This document shows, in pieces, positions 9,219-17,843 of a stretch of DNA of 64,000 nucleotides. The stretch covers positions 1 through 64,000 of IMG/VR virus record IMGVR_UViG_3300037245_001837. One strand, 5' to 3'. The position numbers and the translations under genes were made by a program. This stretch comes from a virus. The notes beneath the pieces were generated by a model. It had not been told where the DNA came from and searched no databases. It was given only the letters and a program-made list of their open reading frames with translations. Position 1 is the first letter of the stretch. Each line of letters begins with the position of its first letter.

Positions 9219-9621
9219 TGAAGTGTTTAATGCTTTAAAAAGGAGAATTATTTCACATAATTTATCTATTCAAGAAATTGCTGAAAATTCAACTGTAAGT
9301 GAGGAATTAATTGAGCTTCTTTTTGATGATAAAAACAATGTTATTAACGACATATCCAGATTGATTGAATTCTTAAATGTAAATGTATCATACAGCGAAA
9401 GAGCATTTAAAGTTTACATAATTACTGACAGTGGAAAGCAATTGAAAGTTACCAGAATTATAAAACCAAGATGTTCTATTTATTTCGACAAACCAACACA
9501 GGAATTTTACAGGTTTGAAGTAAAACACAAACGACACAATAAAATTTCAAGACCACTTAAACAACTGATAATGAGTGAGATGAAGGAATTTACAGAGGAC
9601 TACATAAGAAAGTTACAATAA
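9196..9621 (+). CDS. Putative HTH DNA-binding protein
   Basis: LSIQEIAENSTVSEELI resembles an XRE-like HTH. Confidence 0.5.
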   Translation: MPKLAKFNEVFNALKRRIISHNLSIQEIAENSTVSEELIELLFDDKNNVINDISRLIEFLNVNVSYSERAFKVYIITDSGKQLKVTRIIKPRCSIYFDKPTQEFYRFEVKHKRHNKISRPLKQLIMSEMKEFTEDYIRKLQ

Positions 9622-9624
9622 AAC

Positions 9625-9655
9625 TTGTAATACATAATTAATATTTGTAAATTGC
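9625..9655 (+). promoter_or_regulatory. Bacteroidota sigma70-type promoter (variant -7 box)
   Basis: TTG at 9625-9627, 20-nt spacer, TAAATTGC at 9648-9655. Confidence 0.55.
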
Positions 9656-9680
9656 ACATAATAAAAACAACTACATACAA

Positions 9681-10073
9681 ATGGAAAATCTTGAATTAAA
9701 ACATCTAGCACCTTATTTACCTTATAATTTGAAATGCCAATATTCTTGTATAATAGATGTTGACAATAATCATACGTCAGAAATGACAGAGAACAATATA
9801 CATAGAGCTCTTAATGGATACGGGACGTATGATATTAAACCAATTTTAAGACCGTTATCTGATTTAAATAAATCTGAATTCGTAATGGAGGATTGGAGAA
9901 AAAAAGCAATTCTATTTTTAGATGAAACAGCAAATTTACCTTTTAATAGTAGAAATAATCACGTTGGAACAATAATGTATGGAGATATAACAAAGTTGTT
10001 TGAATGGCACTTCGATGTATTCGGACTAATAACACAAGGATTGGCGATTGATATTAATAGATTAAATGAATAA
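9681..10073 (+). CDS. Hypothetical protein, LELKHLAPYLPY family (paralog 1)
   Basis: Shares N- and C-terminal motifs with the next gene. Confidence 0.75.
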   Translation: MENLELKHLAPYLPYNLKCQYSCIIDVDNNHTSEMTENNIHRALNGYGTYDIKPILRPLSDLNKSEFVMEDWRKKAILFLDETANLPFNSRNNHVGTIMYGDITKLFEWHFDVFGLITQGLAIDINRLNE

Positions 10074-10076
10074 CTT

Positions 10077-10580
10077 ATGAAATTAGAATTAAAACATTTA
10101 GCACCTTATTTACCTTATGAGTTGAAAATGTATTGTGAGCAAGATAAAACAAAACATACATTAACAATAGCACATCAAACTTTCGATTTAAAAAGCGTAG
10201 GATTAAATCCAATACTTAAAGATGAATTCTTTAAAACATTTAAACCAATACTAAAACTATTATCAGATATTACTGAAAGCGAAATGATTAAAATGCTTGT
10301 AATTGGAAATCCTTATTTTAAAGGAAAAACCATATCTGTAAATTGGTTAAATAATGAAATATTAGATTTTAATTGCAATGGTGGCGATAATCAGTTTGTT
10401 ATAACACACGATTTGCGAGGAGTTGCGGCATTTAACATTCAATCTATTGATAATAAGAAAGTTGTTAATTCTCATTTTGAAAATCACATAGGGGTTTATA
10501 CTTTTTTATTAGAAAACCACTATGACGTTTTCGGATTAATACAAGCAGACTTAGCAATAGATACTAATACTTTAAAATAA
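10077..10580 (+). CDS. Hypothetical protein, LELKHLAPYLPY family (paralog 2)
   Basis: LELKHLAPYLPY..KPIL..LSD..HYDVFGLI..LAID. Confidence 0.75.
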   Translation: MKLELKHLAPYLPYELKMYCEQDKTKHTLTIAHQTFDLKSVGLNPILKDEFFKTFKPILKLLSDITESEMIKMLVIGNPYFKGKTISVNWLNNEILDFNCNGGDNQFVITHDLRGVAAFNIQSIDNKKVVNSHFENHIGVYTFLLENHYDVFGLIQADLAIDTNTLK

Positions 10581-10582
10581 AT

Positions 10583-10813
10583 ATGAAAAATTCAGAAAAC
10601 AATAGCGAATTAAAAATAAGAGTATTGACTTGCAGAAGTAAGTTAGAAAAAATTGGTGTTAAAATGCCAAGACATTTTTTCTGTAAAAAATACCCTGAAT
10701 TCATTAACGATGAAAATCGATTAAACAATTTGTGGTATGCTAAAATCTCAAATAAGGATTTTACTACTAAATTGGAAGCATTCACAACATTTAAAGAAGT
10801 CGAATTTAATTAA
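10583..10813 (+). CDS. Hypothetical protein
   Basis: ORF track. Confidence 0.65.
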   Translation: MKNSENNSELKIRVLTCRSKLEKIGVKMPRHFFCKKYPEFINDENRLNNLWYAKISNKDFTTKLEAFTTFKEVEFN

Positions 10814-10819
10814 AATATT

Positions 10820-11449
10820 ATGACATTACCTGAAAAAATTAAACATTACGGATTAACTCAAAAAGATTGGTTTCAGCATAAACATTATACTATTCTAACA
10901 AGAATGGGTATTGATAAAATACAAGCCATAGAAAAAATAAATATTTCATACGAAGCTATTGTAGCTTTACCTGAATTTTGTGTTGTAAAAGCTATTGGAA
11001 CAAAAGAAGAATTAGTCATAGAAACTTTTGGAAGTGCAAAATACGGTGGTAAAGAATGGAATGCAAAACGTAACAACGGCAAAGGAGGATGGGATGAGTT
11101 CGGAAATACTACTACTTGGTATGTTATGGAAATGGCTGAAAAAAGAGCTATGAGTCGTGTTGTTTTAAAAATCACAGGGTTTTATGAATTAGGCGTATTT
11201 GGAGAAGATGAAAGTGAAGATTTTAAAAACGAAACAACTAAGCCACCTAAGACTACGACTAAGAAACCACCTAAAACAACTACAGCAGAAAAACAGGTTT
11301 TAGTAAAAGATTCTAAAGAATGGAAAGCTTTAATGGGATTCTTTGATGATGGGAAAGTTACTAAATTAACTCAAATAACTAAACAGTATAAGTTGTCACC
11401 AGAACTTACTACTGAATTGACGAATAAAATTACTGAACTTAATAATTGA
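10820..11449 (+). CDS. Putative single-strand annealing (recombinase) protein
   Basis: MAEKRAMSRVVL..GVFGEDESEDF core, Thr/Lys/Pro linker and small C-terminal domain; near the exonuclease. Confidence 0.5.
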   Translation: MTLPEKIKHYGLTQKDWFQHKHYTILTRMGIDKIQAIEKINISYEAIVALPEFCVVKAIGTKEELVIETFGSAKYGGKEWNAKRNNGKGGWDEFGNTTTWYVMEMAEKRAMSRVVLKITGFYELGVFGEDESEDFKNETTKPPKTTTKKPPKTTTAEKQVLVKDSKEWKALMGFFDDGKVTKLTQITKQYKLSPELTTELTNKITELNN

Positions 11450-11517
11450 AAATTAGATTTAATGATAAAAACATTTGATTTAGATTTTAGAGCAAAAAAT
11501 ATAACTAAAATATAGCT

Positions 11518-11904
11518 ATGAAAAAAAAGACAATCCAAGATTTAAAATTAAATGATTCTGTTTACATAGCAGACCAAAATCAGGTTTTAGAATATACTGT
11601 TTATTTAATATCTATAAAACAATTAAAATTCAAACACAGATTACGTAATGATGTTGAATATGAACGAGAAGAAGGAGATAAAACAAGTTGGAGGATTGAA
11701 GTTAAAAAATATAGAGAAAGTCCTCATTCAGACACTTATTATTTATCAAAATTAGATGCTTTAAAAAGACTGAGAGTGCTAGAGGATAAACGAATGGAAG
11801 GTTTATTTGCACGAATGGAAGATTTTAATAGAACCATCAAAAATTTGAATGAAGAAACAAGAGCCACAGATGAATTGATTATTAAGGAGCTTAAAAATAA
11901 CTAA
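11518..11904 (+). CDS. Hypothetical protein
   Basis: ORF track. Confidence 0.65.
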   Translation: MKKKTIQDLKLNDSVYIADQNQVLEYTVYLISIKQLKFKHRLRNDVEYEREEGDKTSWRIEVKKYRESPHSDTYYLSKLDALKRLRVLEDKRMEGLFARMEDFNRTIKNLNEETRATDELIIKELKNN

Positions 11905-11908
11905 AAGC

Positions 11909-12058
11909 ATGAGTGATTATCCAGTAGGTTCAGAAAATGATACACAAGCACCATACAACCAGAATGACAATGAATTTGAGTGTACTGAATGTGGAAAACC
12001 TATGAGTTCAGATTCAGGTGTTTGTTCAGGTAAATGTTTAAAATCAGCAATGTTATAA
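11909..12058 (+). CDS. Small zinc-finger protein (49 aa)
   Basis: MSDYPVGSENDTQAPYNQ..CTECGK..CSGKC read manually. Confidence 0.6.
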   Translation: MSDYPVGSENDTQAPYNQNDNEFECTECGKPMSSDSGVCSGKCLKSAML

Positions 12059-12077
12059 ATTAATTAATCACAAAAAA

Positions 12078-12563
12078 ATGGATTTTAATTTCAAACAAAA
12101 AACAAGACAACCTTATGTTGTATTACTTAATTTTACAGCCTATGAATTAGGTCAAAAACCAATTAAGTACTGGAGAAATACAGGTAATGTAAATAGAAAA
12201 TCAGCCTTTCATAAAATAATTAATAAGGTTAAAAATATATGTGGTGATCCTACTAGTAATACAATTACTCGTTTATTTCATTACGCAGGAGCAGATGTGA
12301 CATTTCCATTTCACGTTCAATGGATGGAAGATAAGTTTGAATTTTGTTTATTTGATTGTTTTGGTAGTGGAAACAACACTTTAAAGTTTTCCAGAAAAGT
12401 AAATAGCGATAACGAGAGATTTACTAAAAATGAATTAAAGTTAATGACCGATTTTATGGTTACGGAACATCATATAATTACTGGTTTATATAATAAGTTT
12501 AGAGATGAATTTAAAACCTCATCAGGACATTCAAAAGTATTTGAAATAATAAGAAAATTATAA
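12078..12563 (+). CDS. Hypothetical protein
   Basis: ORF track. Confidence 0.7.
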   Translation: MDFNFKQKTRQPYVVLLNFTAYELGQKPIKYWRNTGNVNRKSAFHKIINKVKNICGDPTSNTITRLFHYAGADVTFPFHVQWMEDKFEFCLFDCFGSGNNTLKFSRKVNSDNERFTKNELKLMTDFMVTEHHIITGLYNKFRDEFKTSSGHSKVFEIIRKL

Positions 12564-12694
12564 AGTTATGACAGCCAAAGAAGAAGCACATTTATATCGT
12601 GAAATGCAGGAGGATTTACTTTTAGACATGGACATGTCTGGAGGATTATATTTAGAGTATGAAAAATTTGAAAAATAAATTAATAAATAGAAAT

Positions 12695-13756
12695 ATGAAA
12701 ACAAAAATCGTTGGTACGCAGTTTGCCAAAGCAGAAGCAATTGGAATCCAAGAGGGTTCTGAAATTACTATCAGTCACGAACCTACAAATCCATTTGATG
12801 AAAACGCATTAGCGGTTGCATTTAATGGAGAGAAAATAGGTTTCATTGGAAAAGGTACGGACATCTATGATATAGATAGAATAAACTTTCCTAAAACTGC
12901 AAAGGTTATTGATTTCTACATAAAGGAAGAAGGTGATCAATTTACAAAGCATCAATTAGGAACTTTAGTCTCCTGTAATATTGAACTTCCTGATGAAGTA
13001 AAATTAAAAGGAAAAGATAATGTTAATTCATTCAATGAAGAAAACGTTGTTATTAATTTTAATGAAGATTCTCATACTTACACCTACAAAGGTAAAGTTT
13101 TAAAAGGTGCCACGACTTACATCAAAAAGTATATCAAACCATTCGATAGTGAACTTATGGTTGGTAGATGTGCAAAAGCTTGGAATTTACCAAAAGGAAC
13201 TATTGAAGATGCTTGGGAACTTAATCGTGATTTAGCTTCTCAATTCGGAACAGCTTTGCATAAGGCTCTGGAATTTGAGGATTTGTATAGGAGTATGAAA
13301 AAACCAAAAGACAATAGCAGATGTTTTACAATTAAACATCCTACAATTGTTAAAATAATCACAGAATTCTATGAATTAAACGAGAAATTAGGTTTTGAAG
13401 GTGAAATTATTCCTGAAGCATTGGTTTCTGATGTTGAAAATGGTATTTGTGGTTTAGCGGATAGAATTCTAGTTACCAGTTGGAATGAAAAACGATGTAG
13501 AATTCAGGATTACAAAGTGAACCATTCATTTAATGTAAAAGGAAAGGAAAGCTTCATTAATCTACCTAAAGGTTTGGTTTTAGAATCTACAAAACTTTCA
13601 AAACTTTCATTACAATTGAAATTTCACGCAACTATGTTGGAGAAACAAGGTTGGACAGTTGAAGGAGTTGATGGATTTGTCTACACAGATAAATGGGAAT
13701 ATTATGAAGCCAACTCTTTAGAAGGTTTCGATATTTTAAAAGGAACTTTCAACTAA
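12695..13756 (+). CDS. HIRAN domain fused to PD-(D/E)xK exonuclease
   Basis: HIRAN motif HEPTNPFDENALAV..IGFI; nuclease motifs GTALH, E..GLADR..IQDYK; start placed at internal ATG 12695. Confidence 0.8.
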   Translation: MKTKIVGTQFAKAEAIGIQEGSEITISHEPTNPFDENALAVAFNGEKIGFIGKGTDIYDIDRINFPKTAKVIDFYIKEEGDQFTKHQLGTLVSCNIELPDEVKLKGKDNVNSFNEENVVINFNEDSHTYTYKGKVLKGATTYIKKYIKPFDSELMVGRCAKAWNLPKGTIEDAWELNRDLASQFGTALHKALEFEDLYRSMKKPKDNSRCFTIKHPTIVKIITEFYELNEKLGFEGEIIPEALVSDVENGICGLADRILVTSWNEKRCRIQDYKVNHSFNVKGKESFINLPKGLVLESTKLSKLSLQLKFHATMLEKQGWTVEGVDGFVYTDKWEYYEANSLEGFDILKGTFN

Positions 13757-13764
13757 ATAAAAAA

Positions 13765-13906
13765 TTTGAGATATAAATGGAGGGTAGTCCGTTCAATTCG
13801 TGACGTTACTTGTGGTGAGTATCAAAGGTTCGATTCCTTTCAACAGAAATGTTAATGGTTGTAGAAAAGTAGGCATACGCTCGGTGGTTCGATTCCACCA
13901 CTCAAA
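13765..13906 (+). ncRNA. Candidate structured RNA with three tRNA-like T-arms
   Basis: GC-richer intergenic island; three stems with TTCRATT loops, a GAAA tetraloop hairpin and terminal TTTGAG/CTCAAA pairing. Confidence 0.6.
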
Positions 13907-13932
13907 CAAATTAATAATAAAAACAAATTACG

Positions 13933-14064
13933 ATGACTAAGAAAAATCTAGAGACTGAATATTGCAACGAAAGAGGAGAACGTAGTTTTAATAAATACAA
14001 TAACAATGATTACACTAAGTGGCTTGAAAATAAATTAATAACACTAAGCAACGTGCTAGGATAA
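13933..14064 (+). CDS. Small hypothetical protein (43 aa)
   Basis: YTKWLENKL resembles YTVWLQSKV in 22783..22926. Confidence 0.45.
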   Translation: MTKKNLETEYCNERGERSFNKYNNNDYTKWLENKLITLSNVLG

Positions 14065-14079
14065 TAAAAACAAATTAAG

Positions 14080-15381
14080 ATGAAAATAAAAACAATTACA
14101 GTAAGAAATTTCAAAGCCTTATCAGATCAGGAATTGAATTTAAATGGTGCTTCTGCAATAATAACAGCAGGTAATAATGAAGGTAAAACAAGTATTTTAC
14201 GTGGATTAGTGGACAGATTTCGAGGCGAAAAACCAGAAATCATTGTGAAGCAAGGAGAAGAAAAAGGAGAGAATGTAATGGAGCTAACTGATGGTTCTAA
14301 AATAGGGTGGAAATTCACTCATAAAACTGAAAACTTCTCATTTACTACTCCAGAAGGAATTAAAATGACAACTGGCGTTTTAAAATCTATTGGTGAAATC
14401 TATTTTGGTATCAAATTTAGTATTGATAAATTCATTTCCAGTAGTAGAAAAGAACAATTGAAACAGGTTCAAATTTTATTAGGTATCGATTTGTCAGCTT
14501 TAGATCAAAAACATAAAGAGAAATTCGATGCAAGAACTGAAGCCAATCGTGTTGTAAAAACATTACTTGGATTAAATACTAAAAAACCAGAAGTTGTTGA
14601 AAATCCAGATATAGAAGCTATCAAAAAAAGAAAAACAGCAATTACAGAAAATAACACCAAACTTAAAGAGAAGTGGGTTATCGACAATGAAGCACACCAA
14701 AAAGAAGCTATTGAATTCAATCAATTGCAGCAACATTACAGAGCAAATATCAAAACACTTTCCGAGCAGAAGCTTGATTTAGAAAAATACAAAGGTCAAA
14801 TTGTAGCGACTTTTATTGATTACAAAAAACTAGAAAAGTACATAAATGATATTCCTGAACCACTAATAGACAAAGAGGTGACGAGCCTTGTTGAGCCTGT
14901 TTATGGTCTTTTTACAGGAATTGATAAAGAGATTGAAGATGCTTATACTGATAAAGCAAAATTCGACACCTACAACACTGATTTAACCAATTATAATGAT
15001 TGGGTTGAAAAAGGTGGAAAAGCTCGTAAAAAGGCTGATGAGCTATCAGCAGAGCTTGATAAGATCAATGAAGAAAAATTGAAACTTATTAAAGGAGCTA
15101 ATTTGCCAGAAGAATTCAAAATGACTGATAATGGATTGTTATACAAAGGACTTCCTTTAGATGATAATCAGATTTCAAGTTCAGCAAAATACATTTGTGC
15201 TCTTAAACTTGGTGCTTTAAGTCTAGGTAAGGTAAATGCAATGCATTTCGATGCTTCATTTTTAGATAAAAAATCTTTAATGGAAATTCAAGAGTGGGCA
15301 AACAGTCAAGATTTACAACTTTTACTTGAGAAAGTTGATTATGAAGGAGGTTCAATAAAGTATAATTTTATTGAAGAATAA
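14080..15381 (+). CDS. SMC/SbcC-like ABC-type ATPase
   Basis: NFKA, Walker A AGNNEGKT, long coiled coil, ISSSAK signature, HFDASFLD. Confidence 0.8.
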   Translation: MKIKTITVRNFKALSDQELNLNGASAIITAGNNEGKTSILRGLVDRFRGEKPEIIVKQGEEKGENVMELTDGSKIGWKFTHKTENFSFTTPEGIKMTTGVLKSIGEIYFGIKFSIDKFISSSRKEQLKQVQILLGIDLSALDQKHKEKFDARTEANRVVKTLLGLNTKKPEVVENPDIEAIKKRKTAITENNTKLKEKWVIDNEAHQKEAIEFNQLQQHYRANIKTLSEQKLDLEKYKGQIVATFIDYKKLEKYINDIPEPLIDKEVTSLVEPVYGLFTGIDKEIEDAYTDKAKFDTYNTDLTNYNDWVEKGGKARKKADELSAELDKINEEKLKLIKGANLPEEFKMTDNGLLYKGLPLDDNQISSSAKYICALKLGALSLGKVNAMHFDASFLDKKSLMEIQEWANSQDLQLLLEKVDYEGGSIKYNFIEE

Positions 15382-15383
15382 TT

Positions 15384-15845
15384 ATGAGAGTAATTAAATT
15401 TAAAGCTAAAACATTAGACGGCAAGAAATGGGTATATGGAAATCTCATTGTATTAGAAAACGGATGCCATTACATTTTTAATAGGCATTTTATACCTACT
15501 ACATCAGTTCCTAGCGAGTGGTTTATTGAGGTGATTCCAGAAACAGTATGCCAATTCACAGGATTAAAAGACAAAAACAGCAATGATGTTTATAAAAGTG
15601 ATACAGTAAAACACGTAAGGGATTATTCGTTAGTAGATTGTTTCAATGAAGATGAAGATGGTGACATCGACAGAATCGACACGATAATTGGTAAATTCAT
15701 TTTCACAAAAACAAAAGGATTTCATGTATCTGGATATAAATATTCGGTTGATATGGCAGATATAGAAAAGCCTAAACAGAAATATTTAGGAATGCCGTCC
15801 ATGATAAGTACTTACGCTGAAATCACAGGTAACATACACGACTAA
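15384..15845 (+). CDS. YopX-family protein
   Basis: IKFKAK..WVYG..ETVCQFTGLKDKN..EITGNIHD. Confidence 0.85.
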   Translation: MRVIKFKAKTLDGKKWVYGNLIVLENGCHYIFNRHFIPTTSVPSEWFIEVIPETVCQFTGLKDKNSNDVYKSDTVKHVRDYSLVDCFNEDEDGDIDRIDTIIGKFIFTKTKGFHVSGYKYSVDMADIEKPKQKYLGMPSMISTYAEITGNIHD

Positions 15846-15847
15846 TT

Positions 15848-16120
15848 ATGAAAACAGAAAACCCAAGTGCATTTCCTTCAAAAGAAATAGATTATCGAGA
15901 AAGCGCAATGCAAGGACAAACAGTTTATCATGACCAAGAAATGGGAATGACACTAAGAGATTATTTCGCAGCTAAAGCGATGCAGAGTCTAATATCTAAA
16001 ATAAACGTTAGTGATGAAGACTTAAAATATAGCGATACTATACATCAAATTGTTCCTGTATTAGCTTATCAAGTATCTGACGAAATGCTAAAAGTACGAA
16101 TGAAACCTATTAAAGAGTAG
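15848..16120 (+). CDS. Conserved phage protein (GMTLRDYFAAKAMQ family)
   Basis: AFP..GMTLRDYFAAKAMQ..AY..DEML. Confidence 0.8.
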   Translation: MKTENPSAFPSKEIDYRESAMQGQTVYHDQEMGMTLRDYFAAKAMQSLISKINVSDEDLKYSDTIHQIVPVLAYQVSDEMLKVRMKPIKE

Positions 16121-16124
16121 TACC

Positions 16125-16688
16125 ATGAGAAAAATAACAATCAAAGAAACAGACGTATTTCTTGAAAATCATAAAAAAGGACAAGGAAAAATTACTATAA
16201 GTAATACCTATGGTAAAAACTTTTCAAATTTCTGGGGTTCGATGGGTGAAACACTAGAAGAATTCCTTTGCGGTATCAATCCAGAATATTTTGCAACAAA
16301 ATTACTTCCACCAAGTGATGAACGTATTATTGATATTAAGGCAACATTTAAAAATGTAAGGAAATATATTCGTGAAGAATTAGATATGCCATTTTATAAA
16401 GAAATGGAATTTCAAAAAGACATGCGAGAAAAATTAAAGGAATTTCAAGATCAATGTGAAGAACGAGGTGGTAAATATAGATTTGTAGATGGTTTTCATG
16501 ATTTCTTTGTGGATAGTCTTGATTTTTATTTAATAGCTGATAGCTATGACAGTAATCAAGTTAAAGAAAGTTTTCAGGGAATATGTGAACATTGGCAATT
16601 CCTAGAAGAAAAACCTTCAGAAGATCATGATTGGTTAATTGACTTTCATGCTAGATTAAAAAAGGAATTATTGAAACCTATTAAATAA
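16125..16688 (+). CDS. Hypothetical protein
   Basis: ORF track. Confidence 0.7.
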   Translation: MRKITIKETDVFLENHKKGQGKITISNTYGKNFSNFWGSMGETLEEFLCGINPEYFATKLLPPSDERIIDIKATFKNVRKYIREELDMPFYKEMEFQKDMREKLKEFQDQCEERGGKYRFVDGFHDFFVDSLDFYLIADSYDSNQVKESFQGICEHWQFLEEKPSEDHDWLIDFHARLKKELLKPIK

Positions 16689-16695
16689 ATCAACA

Positions 16696-17007
16696 ATGGA
16701 AAAAGATTTTGTAAAAGAAGTATTAGAAGACAATAATACATTTGGAGGTTTTAAAATTACAGGCTACAAAACAAGTAAGTTTGATAAAAACAAGAAAAAC
16801 CCACCTATGTATGGAGCAGCCGAAGACTTAACAGGAATGACTGTAATTCATTGGTGTACAGAAGGACATCATTGTAATTATTTTGGATTGGATTTAAAAC
16901 CAAATATATCAGTTACTATCGGAAAAGATGGAGATACTAGAACAGCGTTTAACGGATATGTACACACTAAAGAAGATTTTGAAAAAGTATTGAAACTAAC
17001 TTGGTAA
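16696..17007 (+). CDS. Hypothetical protein
   Basis: ORF track. Confidence 0.65.
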   Translation: MEKDFVKEVLEDNNTFGGFKITGYKTSKFDKNKKNPPMYGAAEDLTGMTVIHWCTEGHHCNYFGLDLKPNISVTIGKDGDTRTAFNGYVHTKEDFEKVLKLTW

Positions 17008-17018
17008 ATAACTCAACA

Positions 17019-17144
17019 ATGAAAACAGATATAGTAAAAAACGGAAAAGGACACGATATTTTTGTAAATGACCAATGGGTAACGTGGGTTATTGGAAGTA
17101 AAAATAACGCTGAAAAAGAATTGAAAACTTACTTAAAAAAATAA
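17019..17144 (+). CDS. Small hypothetical protein (41 aa)
   Basis: Gap-filling ORF; stop 3 nt before the next ATG. Confidence 0.45.
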   Translation: MKTDIVKNGKGHDIFVNDQWVTWVIGSKNNAEKELKTYLKK

Positions 17145-17147
17145 GTT

Positions 17148-17561
17148 ATGGAAATATACTTGGTAAAACAATTAGACAACAGCTTTAAAGTTGCTTATGA
17201 TTCAGATTTTGAGAAACTTAAAAAGATCAAAGCATTGAAAATGGTGAAATGCATTATTACGCAGCCTAGGAATATCGGTTTTCATAAAAAATTCTTTGCT
17301 TTAATTAAAATGGTTTACCAGAATCAAGAACATTATAAGAATTCTGATGACCTAAGAGCTGATTTAATTGTTTCAGCAGGTTTTTATGAGAAAAGGGTAT
17401 CATTCTTTGGTGAAGAAATTTTGAAGCCTAAGAGCATCAGTTTTGCCAGTATGAAACAAGATGAATTTGATGAACTTTATGGTGCTGTATTAGATGAAAT
17501 TGTAAAACATTTTCATTTTGATAAACAGGCTATAATAGAAAATGTAGAACAGTATTTTTAA
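17148..17561 (+). CDS. DUF1367-family protein
   Basis: PRNIGFHKKFFAL..AGFY..PKSISFASMKQDEFDELY. Confidence 0.8.
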   Translation: MEIYLVKQLDNSFKVAYDSDFEKLKKIKALKMVKCIITQPRNIGFHKKFFALIKMVYQNQEHYKNSDDLRADLIVSAGFYEKRVSFFGEEILKPKSISFASMKQDEFDELYGAVLDEIVKHFHFDKQAIIENVEQYF

Positions 17562-17565
17562 AATT

Positions 17566-17832
17566 ATGAAACAGTCAATTATATCCATTCCAGAAAGTAA
17601 CCTTTCAAATGCTATTAAGTTATTTGATAAATACAATATTGAATATAGATTATTAGGTTATCCTAATGGTAAAATTGAGACAGTTGAAAGTTTTCCTTCA
17701 AAGATGAATGTATATAATGATATGCAGAAATTCGCTAAACAATTAGGATATAAAAATACTATTGAAGCAATTATTGAAATTGGAGGTGGTAGAGCTTTTA
17801 AAGCAAAATTTGATAAAGAATTTAAAGAATAA
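17566..17832 (+). CDS. Hypothetical protein
   Basis: ORF track. Confidence 0.6.
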   Translation: MKQSIISIPESNLSNAIKLFDKYNIEYRLLGYPNGKIETVESFPSKMNVYNDMQKFAKQLGYKNTIEAIIEIGGGRAFKAKFDKEFKE

Positions 17833-17843
17833 ATATTTAAGTT

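Noticed and set aside
11230-11290. Tandem repeat in the annealase gene
   Set aside because: Encodes an ordinary TTKPPK low-complexity linker with synonymous divergence
13765-13906. Canonical tRNA gene(s)
   Set aside because: T-arms are present but no anticodon stem-loop or complete cloverleaf can be drawn; reported as a tRNA-like RNA instead
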